Shown: positions 19,188 to 30,777 of the stretch, one piece after another
How positions within the stretch are numbered: the stretch's first letter is position 1
How the letters are laid out: each line of letters starts with the position of its first letter
Assembly (NCBI GenBank): GCA_965216325.1
Contig: OZ244160.1
Coordinates: 2,400,001 to 2,464,000 of the forward strand
From: Coraliomargarita sp.
GTDB lineage: Bacteria > Verrucomicrobiota > Verrucomicrobiia > Opitutales > Coraliomargaritaceae
Length of the DNA stretch: 64,000 nucleotides
Direction of reading: 5' to 3'
Program-made: the position numbers and the translations under genes
Notes under the pieces: model-generated
Databases searched by the model: none
The model's input: the letters and a program-made list of their open reading frames with translations, nothing else
What the model was told of the DNA's origin: nothing

Positions 19188-21131
19188 ATGACAAAGAGTT
19201 GCCAAATATTCACTTTTTTAGGCTGTTTCTGGCTGGCAGCAGTGCTCCATGCGGATGTTGTTCTGCCGCGTATATTAAGCGATGACATGGTGCTTCAACG
19301 CGAACGTGAGGTGCCTCTCTGGGGATGGGCTAAGCCGGGTGAGTCAGTGACCGTGTCTTTTGCCGGTCAGCAAGTGAGCACCGTTGCGGATGATGGCGGG
19401 CGTTGGAAGCTATATCTGGAGCCGCTACAGGCCTCGAAGGAGCCTCAGGATTTGCTGATTCGGGCGAACAATACGATCACCCTGCGCAATGTGCTGGTGG
19501 GGGAGGTCTGGTTGGCTTCGGGACAGTCCAATATGGAGTGGACCTTTAATCAATGCGTCAAAGCTGATCAGGAATACGCCGCCACGCAGCGGGAGAATCC
19601 GTATATTCGGGTTTTTCATGTGAATCAGCATTTGAGTGCCGGGGTCCCGCTGGATGATACGGTTGGTTCGTGGCAGGAGTGCTCGGACTTTCTTGCACCA
19701 CCAATGCACAGTGTTTCGGCGGTGGGCTTCTTCTTTGCACTGAAGTTACAGCAAGAACTGGACGTTCCCGTTGCGATTTTGGATGCCAATTGGGGTGGAC
19801 AACGAATCGAATCGTTCATTCCCCGTGAAGCGTATGAGGCGCATGGGCTGCATTATCGAGTCCATGGTGGGGAGCAGACGCTGCCACGCTTGATTGCCGA
19901 CTTGGAGAATCTGTCGGGGCAGGTGGACGCTGCGATTACTGCCGCTGAGCAGGGGCGCCGTATTCCGGTGACGATTGCCGGCAACTTGCATGGCTCGGCA
20001 GATAATTTCATTTACAATGCGATGATCGCGCCGCTGGCTCCCTATGGCCTCAGAGGGGCGATCTGGTATCAGGGTGAATCGAATCGTGGTGCTCCGGACT
20101 ATTACCATAAGCTGCAAGCGCTTGCTTCGGGATGGTCTTCGGCTTTTGAGGTGGAGCATTTACCACTGTATCAGGTGCAAATCGCACCGTTCGAGTATGA
20201 CCGTAGTGGGAACCCAAATACAACCTTGGCTGACAGCATTTGGAAAGCCCAGTATCGTGCTGCAGCGACGATTCCAAGTGTTGGCTTGGTGCCCATTCAC
20301 GATACGCAAATTCCGGTGAACGACATACATCCGCCACATAAGCGTCCGGTGGGCGAGCGCCTCGCAAACCTTGCACTCAAAGAGCGATATGGTTTCGACA
20401 TTCCTGCGTCCGGCCCCGTGTTTCAACGTGCTCGCTTGCTGGATAGCACGACTATAGTTGTCGAGTTCAGCGGGGTCGACCAAGGTTTACGCACGCATGA
20501 TGGCAAGGCACCATCATGGTTTGAGCTTGCCGAGACTGGGCAGCAATTTGTCGCAGCCAATGCTCGTTTAGTGGATGATGCCGTTCATTTGCAGATTCCC
20601 GATGGGATGCAACCGACCCGTGTGCGCATGGGCTGGGATGACATTGCACTGCCGAACTTATGTGACGCGAATGGTTGGCCGGTCTTTGCTTTTCCTTCGC
20701 GGCGGATTGCCGGTGGGGCGACTCGAGCTGCGTATTTAAGTGACATTGAACCAGATTTTATCAGTCAAAGCCATGGTGAGCTCATGCTGGATCGCTCGGC
20801 TGGGCGGGCTCCACTCACTTTGAATGCTGAAGTTTATAAGAAGGGACTCGGTGCACACGCGAATAGTGAAGTCGAATATTGGCTTGGTGGCAGCTACACG
20901 CGTTTTACGACAACGATTGGTGTCGACGATGGATGTGGAGGGAGTGTTACATTCAAAGTTCTCTGTGATGGAGAAGTCCGTTTTGAAAGTCCTGTGATGA
21001 CGCGCGCAAGTGAGCCGCTGTCTCTAGAACTTCCACTTTCTGGTGTGGATCGACTGCAGTTGATTGTTCGCGATGGGGGCGATGGAATAGGCTGTGATCA
21101 CGCAAACTGGGCGAATGCAAAAGTGGAGTAG
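19188..21131 (+). CDS. Sialate O-acetylesterase-family (SGNH) esterase with C-terminal NPCBM domain
   Basis: DDMVLQRE, GEVWLASGQSNME, WYQGESN, DIHP; YLSD...KGLGAHANS...DHANWANA. Confidence 0.9.
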   Translation: MTKSCQIFTFLGCFWLAAVLHADVVLPRILSDDMVLQREREVPLWGWAKPGESVTVSFAGQQVSTVADDGGRWKLYLEPLQASKEPQDLLIRANNTITLRNVLVGEVWLASGQSNMEWTFNQCVKADQEYAATQRENPYIRVFHVNQHLSAGVPLDDTVGSWQECSDFLAPPMHSVSAVGFFFALKLQQELDVPVAILDANWGGQRIESFIPREAYEAHGLHYRVHGGEQTLPRLIADLENLSGQVDAAITAAEQGRRIPVTIAGNLHGSADNFIYNAMIAPLAPYGLRGAIWYQGESNRGAPDYYHKLQALASGWSSAFEVEHLPLYQVQIAPFEYDRSGNPNTTLADSIWKAQYRAAATIPSVGLVPIHDTQIPVNDIHPPHKRPVGERLANLALKERYGFDIPASGPVFQRARLLDSTTIVVEFSGVDQGLRTHDGKAPSWFELAETGQQFVAANARLVDDAVHLQIPDGMQPTRVRMGWDDIALPNLCDANGWPVFAFPSRRIAGGATRAAYLSDIEPDFISQSHGELMLDRSAGRAPLTLNAEVYKKGLGAHANSEVEYWLGGSYTRFTTTIGVDDGCGGSVTFKVLCDGEVRFESPVMTRASEPLSLELPLSGVDRLQLIVRDGGDGIGCDHANWANAKVE

Positions 21132-21133
21132 CC

Positions 21134-22045
21134 ATGGTGAGGAAGCCCTGTATTGTTGGAATTGTGTTCGCGATTAGCCTCATGCGTATCGACGGGGCAG
21201 AGCTGTCGCGGCCGATCATTCACTTGTGGCCGGAAGGCACTGCAGGTGTCGATGCCTCGGTCGCGGAGGAGATTGTTCCGCGCCACTTCGAGGTGGTTAA
21301 GAACATCCATAATCCGACTCTGACGGTCTTTCGGCCCGAGAAGCCCAATGGCACGGCAGTGGTGATTTGCCCCGGAGGTGCGTATTCGATCATTGCGACA
21401 GGGCTGGAGGGCTATCCGGTTGCGGAAAAACTTAATGAAGCTGGGGTTACGGCTTTTGTGCTCAAGTATCGCTTGCCCACAACAGAGGGTGCCGACTTTA
21501 AGCACCCGGTGCCGCTCTACGATGCCTTGCGGGCGATTCAGTGGGTGCGATACCATACTGTAGAGTATGAGCTTGAAGCTGATCGAATTGGCATCATGGG
21601 CTTTTCGGCCGGTGGGCATTTAGCTGCAAGTGTCGGGACTTTGTATTCAGAGTATAACTACGGAGAAGATGACATCTCAAAGGTCAGCTCCCGTCCTGAT
21701 TTCGTCTGTTTGGGCTATCCAGTGATTACTACTCGTGAGGGTGTTGCAAATGGCTGCATCTGGGCGCCATTGCCCGCAGAGCACTCCAATGAGCAATCGC
21801 AGGAATTGTCCTGCGAGCTGAATGTCAACGCGCAGACACCGCCGACTTTTCTGATGCATGCCAAGGACGACTCCGGAGTTTTGCCGGAGAACAGTGTGGT
21901 CCTGTATGAGGCCTTAAAACGGAACGGAGTCGTTACAGAGCTGAAGCTCTATGAGCAAGGTGGACATGGTTTCGGACTTGGGCGCCACGGCACAGACTCG
22001 ACTCAGTGGTTGGAGGACTTCCTGTATTGGCTACAGGAGCATTAG
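21134..22045 (+). CDS. Alpha/beta hydrolase (xylan/feruloyl esterase-like)
   Basis: VICPGGAY, LKYRLP, GFSAGGHLA, TPPTFLMHAKDD, GGHGFGL. Confidence 0.88.
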   Translation: MVRKPCIVGIVFAISLMRIDGAELSRPIIHLWPEGTAGVDASVAEEIVPRHFEVVKNIHNPTLTVFRPEKPNGTAVVICPGGAYSIIATGLEGYPVAEKLNEAGVTAFVLKYRLPTTEGADFKHPVPLYDALRAIQWVRYHTVEYELEADRIGIMGFSAGGHLAASVGTLYSEYNYGEDDISKVSSRPDFVCLGYPVITTREGVANGCIWAPLPAEHSNEQSQELSCELNVNAQTPPTFLMHAKDDSGVLPENSVVLYEALKRNGVVTELKLYEQGGHGFGLGRHGTDSTQWLEDFLYWLQEH

Positions 22046-22073
22046 ATTATTATTGAATCGGTATCTTAGAGCT

Positions 22074-23081
22074 ATGCGTATTGGAATTATAGGAACTGGT
22101 TGGATCGCAGAGAAGCATCTTGAATCTTTAACGGTGACCGAGGGGGCGGAGGTGGTCGCGGTGGCTGGCCGGAATCAGCAGCGTGCCGCTGAGTTGGCGG
22201 TTCCGCTTGGGGCCGCTGTTTATGAGGATTACCTGCCGATGTTGCAGAGGGAATCTTTGGACGCGGTTTTTATTCTGCTGCCTCCGCATCTACACGGAGA
22301 TGTGGAGCGTGCTTGCTCGGAGCATGTGGGGGCTGTGTTGGTGGAGAAGCCAATCACCACTTCGCTGGCGCAGGCGTGTGAGATCAACAGTTATTTCAAA
22401 GAGGCGGGCACAATTGTGTCGGTTGGTTATATGAACCGTTATCGTGATGCCGTTCAGGCGGCGCGGGCTGTTTTTTCAAATCCGGAGACACCTGGCGTGA
22501 TGGCGAACGGTTGGTGGATTACGCAGATGCCGCCGCCTAGCTGGTGGCGTTGTTTGGAGCAGTCCGGCGGCCAGTTTGTGGAGCAATGCACTCATTTGGT
22601 CGACTTGAGTCGTTATCTCTTTGGTGAGATCCAGGAAGTGAGTGCCTACAGTATGCGTGGATCCATGACCGAAGTGCCCGATTTTTCCGTGGATGATGGG
22701 ATGGCCGTGAATGTGCGCTTCGAGTCCGGCGCGCTGGGCTCCTTCTGCACGGGGTGCTTCCCTTTGGCCGGACATCCTGAGGAGCAGGGCGCTGGAATTA
22801 GCTTGAACCTTTCTTCGCGGAAGCAACGCGTGGTCTTTGAAGGCTCGAATTTTGAGGCCAAATTGTTCTCTGGAGCAAACGATGCTACCGAACTTCCGAT
22901 TGGGGCGGATCCCTTCCATCAGCAGACTCAGTCGTTCGTGAATGCTGTGCGTAATAAGGATACTCGGCAGATCCTATCCGACTATGAGGATGCCATGCGG
23001 ACTTTGGCAGTTACCTTGGCTGCGAACGAGTCGGCGCATGAGCGGGGTGGAGCGCCTGTTCGAGTTGAATCTATACTCTGA
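22074..23081 (+). CDS. Gfo/Idh/MocA-family oxidoreductase
   Basis: MRIGIIGTGWIA Rossmann fold, VEKP, VGYMNRY, SGGQFVEQCTH. Confidence 0.9.
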   Translation: MRIGIIGTGWIAEKHLESLTVTEGAEVVAVAGRNQQRAAELAVPLGAAVYEDYLPMLQRESLDAVFILLPPHLHGDVERACSEHVGAVLVEKPITTSLAQACEINSYFKEAGTIVSVGYMNRYRDAVQAARAVFSNPETPGVMANGWWITQMPPPSWWRCLEQSGGQFVEQCTHLVDLSRYLFGEIQEVSAYSMRGSMTEVPDFSVDDGMAVNVRFESGALGSFCTGCFPLAGHPEEQGAGISLNLSSRKQRVVFEGSNFEAKLFSGANDATELPIGADPFHQQTQSFVNAVRNKDTRQILSDYEDAMRTLAVTLAANESAHERGGAPVRVESIL

Positions 23082-23160
23082 ATTGCTCTCGTTATCAGGG
23101 CTGTCTCTTCTTCTCGCACAAGTCTTCAATGCTGACGGAGTTTTGTGTCGGATATCTGGG

Positions 23161-23178
23161 GTCGCACGTATGAGCGAT
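23161..23178. promoter_or_regulatory. Palindromic operator box, copy 5 (degenerate)
   Basis: GTCGCAC-GTAT-GAGCGAT; 22 nt before TATGGT (23201-23206). Confidence 0.6.
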
Positions 23179-23264
23179 GTTGCCCTTAGTTGGACTCCGC
23201 TATGGTATTGGTTTTTAAAGATGTGCTCTACAGATAACAACAGGGCTGCCGGACGATCTCATTT

Positions 23265-25451
23265 ATGACTATCAAAGACTATGAGCTGGGCTCGTTAACC
23301 GCGCGATTCCATACAGATGCTGAGACGCAGCTGACCTCGTTTGAGCTGTTGCCGACTGTGAAATTGGTGGATGTGGTTTCAAACCGAGAGACAATTGATG
23401 GCATTGAGCGCGAGGTATTGAATCCGAAGTGGCAGGATATGCCTGGGCTACAGCTTGGCTCCTGTGTTCAAGTTAAGTTGCGGGAAGATAATGGACCACG
23501 TGCCTTTGCGGCCGGACGCACTATGCGGGGGAGCTCGACCTCGCTTTCACTTCGGCTCGTGACCCAGCGAGTTTCGGAAAAGGAGAGCCTTAAACGTATC
23601 GAGACTGAGTTATTCTCTGAAGAGCATCAGGTCCGTGCGCTGTTTATAGTCGAATGGCTTTCGGGCACCGATTTTGTGACTGCGTGGACGGAGGTAACGA
23701 ATGTCGGAAAGGAGTCCTTTACGGTCGAGATGCTGTCAGCTTTCTCGTTGGACAATATTACGCCATTTCATCGGGGCGCTGCTCCTGAGCAACTCTACCT
23801 GCACCGGTTCCGTTCGAACTGGGCGCTTGAGGGACGCCATGAGCGTGTTTTATTGGAAGACTTGCACCTGGAGCGCTCGTGGGCTGGCTATAGTCTTGTT
23901 TCGGAGCGCTTCGGACAAGTCGGGTCTATGCCGGTGCGTGGCTTCTTTCCCTTTGCTGCGATGGAGGATCGTGAGGCGGACGTTCTATGGGGCGCGCAGC
24001 TCGCGGTCCCGGGCTCGTGGCAAATGGAGTGTTTCCGGAGTGCAGATAACGTGTCGCTCTCAGGTGGTTTGGCCGATCGTGAGTTTGGCCATTGGTGGAA
24101 GACCTTGGCTCCCGACGAGTCGTTTACGAGTCCACGGGCGACCTTGTCTGCTGTGGTGGGTGATATCGAGGATTTGTGTGATGTGATGTTGCAAGCCCAA
24201 GCGGCACAGTTCGAGCCGCTTGAGGAGGAAAGAAATCTCCCCATTATATTTAATGAGTGGTGTTCGACTTGGGGGAACCCGAATCATACGAATATCTTGA
24301 ATACCGTTGAAAGGTTGGCAGGAACGCCGACGCGTTACTTTGTGATTGATGATGGTTGGGCCGAGCGACCGGGCGACGAATTTCAGCAAAACGGTGATTG
24401 GAATCTGAATACAAAGGCATTTCCCGAAGGGCTCAAAGCGACGTGCAGTGCGATGCGCGAGCAGGGAATCATTCCGGGTATTTGGTTCGAGTTCGAAGTC
24501 TGTAATCCTGGAAGTCTGGCTTTTGAGCAGACAGCGCATCACTTGACGCGTGATGGTGCCATTGTGGAAATTGGTCCACGTCGTTTCTGGGACTTTCGTG
24601 ATCCGTGGGTTGTCGATTTTTTATCCGAGAAAGTCATTCAATTTTTGAAAGACAACGAGCTCGGCTACATGAAGGTCGATTACAATGAAACACTGGGGCT
24701 CGGGTGTGACGAATGGGGAGGACAGGCGCCGGGCTCGCCCGGAGAAGGCTTGCGCCAGCACTTGGAGGCTGTGCAGAGTTTCTTTAGAAAAATCCGGAGT
24801 GAGCTGCCGGAGCTGGTGATCGAGATTTGTTCATCCGGTGGGCATCGCCTTGATCCGTCCTTCCTCGCTCTCGGGGCGATGGGCTCGTTTTCAGATGCAC
24901 ATGAGACGATTGAAATTCCGATTATTGCTGCGAATTTGCAGCGACTGATCTTGCCGCGTCAAAGCCAAGTGTGGGCGGTGCTACAGCCGCAGGATTCCAT
25001 TGATCGTGTGCGTTTCTCGCTGGCGGCGACTTTCCTCGGGCGCATGTGTATTTCCGGGAATCTAGATGAGCTCAGCGCCGCAGTGCTCGATGAACTGAAG
25101 CTGGCTCAGGAGTTCTATACCGAGGCTGCGCCAATTATTGCGGAAGGTAAAAGCCGTTGTGTGCGTGAGCTGAGCAAGAGCTGGCGCACCCCCAAGGGCT
25201 GGCAGGCGGTGGTGCGCGAAGGCCGTGGCGCGGCGAAGGGGCAATGTCTTATCGTGTTGCACAGTTTTGCTGATGTGCCAGGCCGCATCGAAGTCCCGCT
25301 GCCCGAGGGGGCGTGGGCCTTGGGGAATGGCTTTAATTTTATAGATACTATCGAAGTGATGGATGGGCATCTAATACTGGAGTGCTGTCCTGAGTATTAT
25401 GGAGGCAGCATTGTTTTGAATTCGCAGGATCAACTGTCCAGCGTTGATTAG
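23265..25451 (+). CDS. Alpha-galactosidase-like glycoside hydrolase (GH36)
   Basis: PIIFNEW, YFVIDDGW, GDW...FPEGL, GIWFEFE, YMKVDYN, EICSSGG. Confidence 0.88.
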   Translation: MTIKDYELGSLTARFHTDAETQLTSFELLPTVKLVDVVSNRETIDGIEREVLNPKWQDMPGLQLGSCVQVKLREDNGPRAFAAGRTMRGSSTSLSLRLVTQRVSEKESLKRIETELFSEEHQVRALFIVEWLSGTDFVTAWTEVTNVGKESFTVEMLSAFSLDNITPFHRGAAPEQLYLHRFRSNWALEGRHERVLLEDLHLERSWAGYSLVSERFGQVGSMPVRGFFPFAAMEDREADVLWGAQLAVPGSWQMECFRSADNVSLSGGLADREFGHWWKTLAPDESFTSPRATLSAVVGDIEDLCDVMLQAQAAQFEPLEEERNLPIIFNEWCSTWGNPNHTNILNTVERLAGTPTRYFVIDDGWAERPGDEFQQNGDWNLNTKAFPEGLKATCSAMREQGIIPGIWFEFEVCNPGSLAFEQTAHHLTRDGAIVEIGPRRFWDFRDPWVVDFLSEKVIQFLKDNELGYMKVDYNETLGLGCDEWGGQAPGSPGEGLRQHLEAVQSFFRKIRSELPELVIEICSSGGHRLDPSFLALGAMGSFSDAHETIEIPIIAANLQRLILPRQSQVWAVLQPQDSIDRVRFSLAATFLGRMCISGNLDELSAAVLDELKLAQEFYTEAAPIIAEGKSRCVRELSKSWRTPKGWQAVVREGRGAAKGQCLIVLHSFADVPGRIEVPLPEGAWALGNGFNFIDTIEVMDGHLILECCPEYYGGSIVLNSQDQLSSVD

Positions 25452-25990
25452 TTGGTATCTGCCCATCTCTTGCCGGAAGAAGTGCTAAATTAGGGAAGGT
25501 TTTATATATGTCGGATCACAATAAACATGAACTCGGGCGCCCGCTCCGAAATAAGAAAAAGCGCAGCGCAATTTTTGTAGTTATTATAGCTAGTAACCCC
25601 ACGGGCCAACCAAAGCACGGCGATAGACGGCGTGCCAAGTTCTTTGAAAATTTAGCGCAATAAGCAGCTTCTGGGCTATGAACCAATAGACTTAAACGAG
25701 CATGCTCCTTGGTTCTAATGCCGAGCAGAGTGTGCTTCACTCAACGGCTCGGTATCATCGGCAAGTCTCATGTAATCTCGCTTGTGTAAAAGACATCTTC
25801 AAACTTCGCCTACGTTGAGCACATTCAAATGACTAGCCCTCCTCGTGCCACTTGTCCCTGTTGACCTCATCCGACGCTCTTGCATTTTTCAGCCTATGTG
25901 CGAACTAGACTACGGTATGAATGCGACTGCTCATGCTATGTATTGACAAGAATGAGTGGCAGATCAGTTTGAGGGGCAAGAGCTGAGTCC

Positions 25991-26572
25991 ATGAATGAAT
26001 ACAATTATCAACGCCAAGTGATCGCCTATCATGGTTGTGATCGTTCTGTTGTCGATAAGGTCTTGCTCAAAGGTTCGGCACTCGCTCCGAGCGAGAAAAA
26101 CTACGATTGGCTGGGGAAGGGAATTTACTTTTGGGAACATGGCCCTCAGCGAGCTTTTGATTGGGCAGTCCAGCGTCAGAAAATGGGTAAGATTTCTGAA
26201 CCAGCGGTCGTTGGCGCAATTATTCAGCTTGGGAATTGTTTCGATTTGTTGGATACTCGTTACACGGAAGCTTTGCAGCGGATGTGGCCATTTTTCGTTG
26301 AGGCAAGAGTTCCTGATGCCAAGAGCATCCCTGCAAACCGTTCGCCAAAACAAGAACCTGAAGTCGATAAATTGCTTCGTTATCGAGATTGTGCAGTCAT
26401 TAATTGGACACTTTCGCAACTTGAGGAAAGCGAGCCTGCGTATGATTCGGTCCGAGGCGTGTTCCAAGAGGACGAACCTGTATACGAAGGATCGGAAATT
26501 CGCTTGAAGTCCCATATTCAAATTGCGATCCGCAATCCTGCTTGCATCATTGGATATTTCAGACCATCTTGA
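25991..26572 (+). CDS. Putative ADP-ribosyltransferase-fold protein (H-Y-Q type, DUF3990/PARP-like)
   Basis: AYHGC, DWLGKGIYFWE, late-strand HIQIAIRN. Confidence 0.6.
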   Translation: MNEYNYQRQVIAYHGCDRSVVDKVLLKGSALAPSEKNYDWLGKGIYFWEHGPQRAFDWAVQRQKMGKISEPAVVGAIIQLGNCFDLLDTRYTEALQRMWPFFVEARVPDAKSIPANRSPKQEPEVDKLLRYRDCAVINWTLSQLEESEPAYDSVRGVFQEDEPVYEGSEIRLKSHIQIAIRNPACIIGYFRPS

Positions 26573-26578
26573 TTTTTA

Positions 26579-26764
26579 ATGAAGACCAGTAGCCCAGTTT
26601 TATCAGCAGATCCTCGTAAGTTGGTGGATCGCTTTGAACGCCGATTCAAGAGAATGAGCGCAAAAGAAAAGGCGCAGACTCTTGTGGATGCTGGAATTAT
26701 GACCCCGAAGCACCGAATCAAAGCTCCTTACCGTGAAGCTCTTGCCGGAGTGGGACAGCAATAA
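26579..26764 (+). CDS. Small basic hypothetical protein (possible antitoxin or partner)
   Basis: 61 aa, ATG 6 nt after the upstream stop; LVDAGIMTP...PY. Confidence 0.55.
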   Translation: MKTSSPVLSADPRKLVDRFERRFKRMSAKEKAQTLVDAGIMTPKHRIKAPYREALAGVGQQ

Positions 26765-27562
26765 TCCTCGCACTGAGTCACTAAGTCCCGAAATTTAGCC
26801 GAAAAGTTCGAAGAGAGATTCGTTTGGCGACCAGACTCGATAGAATCGGTTCGAAGACGGGTATGATCGGCACCCCACGGCCTTTGCTGCGCAAAGAACC
26901 GTGTTCTACACCTCGGGCGGTGTTTATATTTTCAGAGGGTATTGCCGTTCCGGTAATGTTGTAGGACGTGCCTCTCGCAGGGGGCGGAGTTTCCCAAAAA
27001 AACTCCCACCGTGTCGATCCCGCTGGCTTGGCAGGATACACTACTTGTCTTTTTTCATCACCCCAGAAACAAAGTAATGCCGATTCGTATTGCGAAAATC
27101 AATGCCAGCGCGGGCGTCTTCAATCCCGGTAATTCTACTGGATTAATCTGAGTGAGGTCGCAGTTGGAGGGACCGTAGGCGGAAAGAAGCTTCGACTTCC
27201 TCCTCAAAAAACGCGTATCATGAAATGCCCTGTAGATCGCAGCGAATGTGCTGTGAAGTTGGATTTTGTCGTGCCGGGGGAAACCGCCCGGTGTGCTCTG
27301 ATTCGACAAATGTGGAGCGTCGACAAGCAGACCCGTCAGGTTGTATTCATCCTCAATAGACCTGCTCCCCAAATGGCTGGCTATTATGTTCTGCCAATCA
27401 AAGAACCTTAGCCGAATGTAGAGTCAGGTATTTGAGATATCGGTAATGCCCTGATGGCCTTTGTGTTGAGTTGATTGCGGGGTATAGCTCTTTGTTTAAA
27501 AGCGCTAGGGAGGGGTGAATTTCCCATCTGAGTTAAGTTGCAGATGCTTCGTTGCTTCTGGT

Positions 27563-28060
27563 TTAGTAAAATATCAGTGCTAGGTAAAAGATGGCGACGA
27601 CGCAGACGCTCAGTCCGAACTTCAAGGCAAAGGCGAAGGCTCCACCAAGTAGGGTGCCGATACCGGCCTTGCTGCCGGATTTGATGTCGCGGCCGGCAAT
27701 GAGCTCGCCGATAACTGCGCCGAGAATCGGTCCGACGATCAGCCAGAACAGTTGAGGTGGAATAAACAGTGCGATGAATGCGCCGAGCAGAGCACCGACC
27801 GCGCCTTTCCAAGTCGCACCAAAGGTCTTGGCACCCCAGTAGCCGAACAGCAGGTCGCCGATCAGTCCAAAGGCGGTGATGCCTCCGGTCAGAGTCACGA
27901 TTTGCCAGCTCACTGAAGCATCGCCCATCCACAGCTTGTGCGTCAGCACGCCCAGCCAGACGATCACACTGCCTGGGATCACCGGCAAGAGCGCGGTCAC
28001 CAAGCCGATGAGGAAGATGAGGGCGATGACGCCGTGTGCGGTTAGGTCGAGCCAATTCAT
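27563..28060 (-). CDS. DUF456-family membrane protein
   Basis: LLPVIPG, GAKTFGAT..GAVGALLG, GPILGAVIGEL. Confidence 0.85.
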   Translation of the reverse strand: MNWLDLTAHGVIALIFLIGLVTALLPVIPGSVIVWLGVLTHKLWMGDASVSWQIVTLTGGITAFGLIGDLLFGYWGAKTFGATWKGAVGALLGAFIALFIPPQLFWLIVGPILGAVIGELIAGRDIKSGSKAGIGTLLGGAFAFALKFGLSVCVVAIFYLALIFY

Positions 28061-28400
28061 TGAATCCGGATGCTGTAAACGAGTTTTCCGATTTGGGAAA
28101 TTACTGAGGGTCTGTGCTTAGTCAGCGCCATTTGAAATGCGTTGCATCTAAAATGGCGGACGTTTTGGAAATCGGAAAACGCTTAGGCGACGTGCGTACT
28201 TTGCTGCATGTCAGCCCTGCAGTCACGTATCGCTATACGCGCCTTGGGGCTGCAATTGCAAAGCACACACCTCATTCCATTACAGCATCCGGATTCCTTA
28301 GCATCGGATCGAAGGCGAAAGGTTCCGTTTTGCCGATCATTAAAGAGTCGAATTTGCATTTGCCATTTTCGGCGCTCAACACATTTTCGCCTGCTTCGTT

Positions 28401-29918
<1,518 letters not shown>

Positions 29919-29942
29919 GGCTTAGTCAAGTGAAGTTTCACC

Positions 29943-29981
29943 AACGCCCGAATTCGGAAACGAGTTCGGGCGTTTTTTTTT
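29943..29981 (+). terminator. Intrinsic terminator of lysS
   Basis: AACGCCCGAATTCG-GAAA-CGAGTTCGGGCGTT followed by a T-tract. Confidence 0.85.
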
Positions 29982-29984
29982 GTG

Positions 29985-30098
29985 ACCACCTCGGTCGGCA
30001 AGCCGACCACTCCTCCTTGAAAAGGAGGAGAATTAACGAACAATAGAAAGCTCCTCCCCTGCGAAGGGGAGGTCACCTGCTTGTCAGGTGGGAGGGGT
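29985..30098. repeat. Composite palindromic element (two inverted hairpin-pair units)
   Basis: GGTCGGC-AA-GCCGACC, CTCCTCCTT-GAA-AAGGAGGAG, CTCCCCT..AGGGGAG, CACCTG..CAGGTG. Confidence 0.5.
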
Positions 30099-30499
30099 TA
30101 CCCTTCAAACGGATTAAACAGCGCAATGCCGGTGCCTTCGAAGTCGCGAGTGTTACGCGTAGCGAGAGGCAATCCATGTGCCCATGCAGTGGCAGCGATC
30201 AACATGTCGGCTTGCGAACGACTAATGCCGTCTGAGGCGAGTTGACCTCGAACTTCTGCCGCGCGCCGCGCGATTTTGGCATCCACATCCAGAACGATGC
30301 ACTTTGTCACGACGAAGGTGTCGAACCATTCAATGTGTTTGATCATGGAGCGCTGATAGAGACCAAAGAGGATTTCGTTGATCGTGATGACGCTTATGTG
30401 AACCATGTCTCGATCATGCAGCCATTCTCGAACGGCAGGGTTCGGGCGTTTACGCATTTCCTCGCTAATGACGTTCGAATCACAGAGCCAGTGTTCCAT
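30098..30499 (-). CDS. vapC: VapC-family PIN-domain toxin
   Basis: [35 protein letters not shown]. Confidence 0.92.
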   Translation of the reverse strand: MEHWLCDSNVISEEMRKRPNPAVREWLHDRDMVHISVITINEILFGLYQRSMIKHIEWFDTFVVTKCIVLDVDAKIARRAAEVRGQLASDGISRSQADMLIAATAWAHGLPLATRNTRDFEGTGIALFNPFEG

Positions 30500-30504
30500 A
30501 TCGC

Positions 30505-30777
30505 TTAGTCGAAGTCGGGGAGTGGGCGGTCGACACGAGGCGGCAACTCAAAATCGCCCGGTTCTTGCTTTTTGATCTCGTCTAGCTCGGCGAAAAGCTC
30601 GGCCATCGTCTTCTTGCGCTTCGACTGCTTGTATTCGAGGAATTGCTCGTATTCGTCCATGTCGATCAGCGCGGCGACTGGCTTCTTACGGTTATACAAG
30701 ACCTGTGGTTCGTCCACGCAGGAGCTTACGACTTCCGATAGCCGCGCCTTCGCTTCCGATATCTTCCACTCTTTCAT
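30505..30777 (-). CDS. Phd/YefM-family antitoxin
   Basis: WKISEAKARLSEVV...PVAALI; directly upstream of vapC. Confidence 0.9.
   Translation of the reverse strand: MKEWKISEAKARLSEVVSSCVDEPQVLYNRKKPVAALIDMDEYEQFLEYKQSKRKKTMAELFAELDEIKKQEPGDFELPPRVDRPLPDFD

Noticed and set aside
25452..25990. Possible gene remnants here and at 26781-27411
   Set aside because: Only short motif-less ORFs on both strands; no call can be supported.
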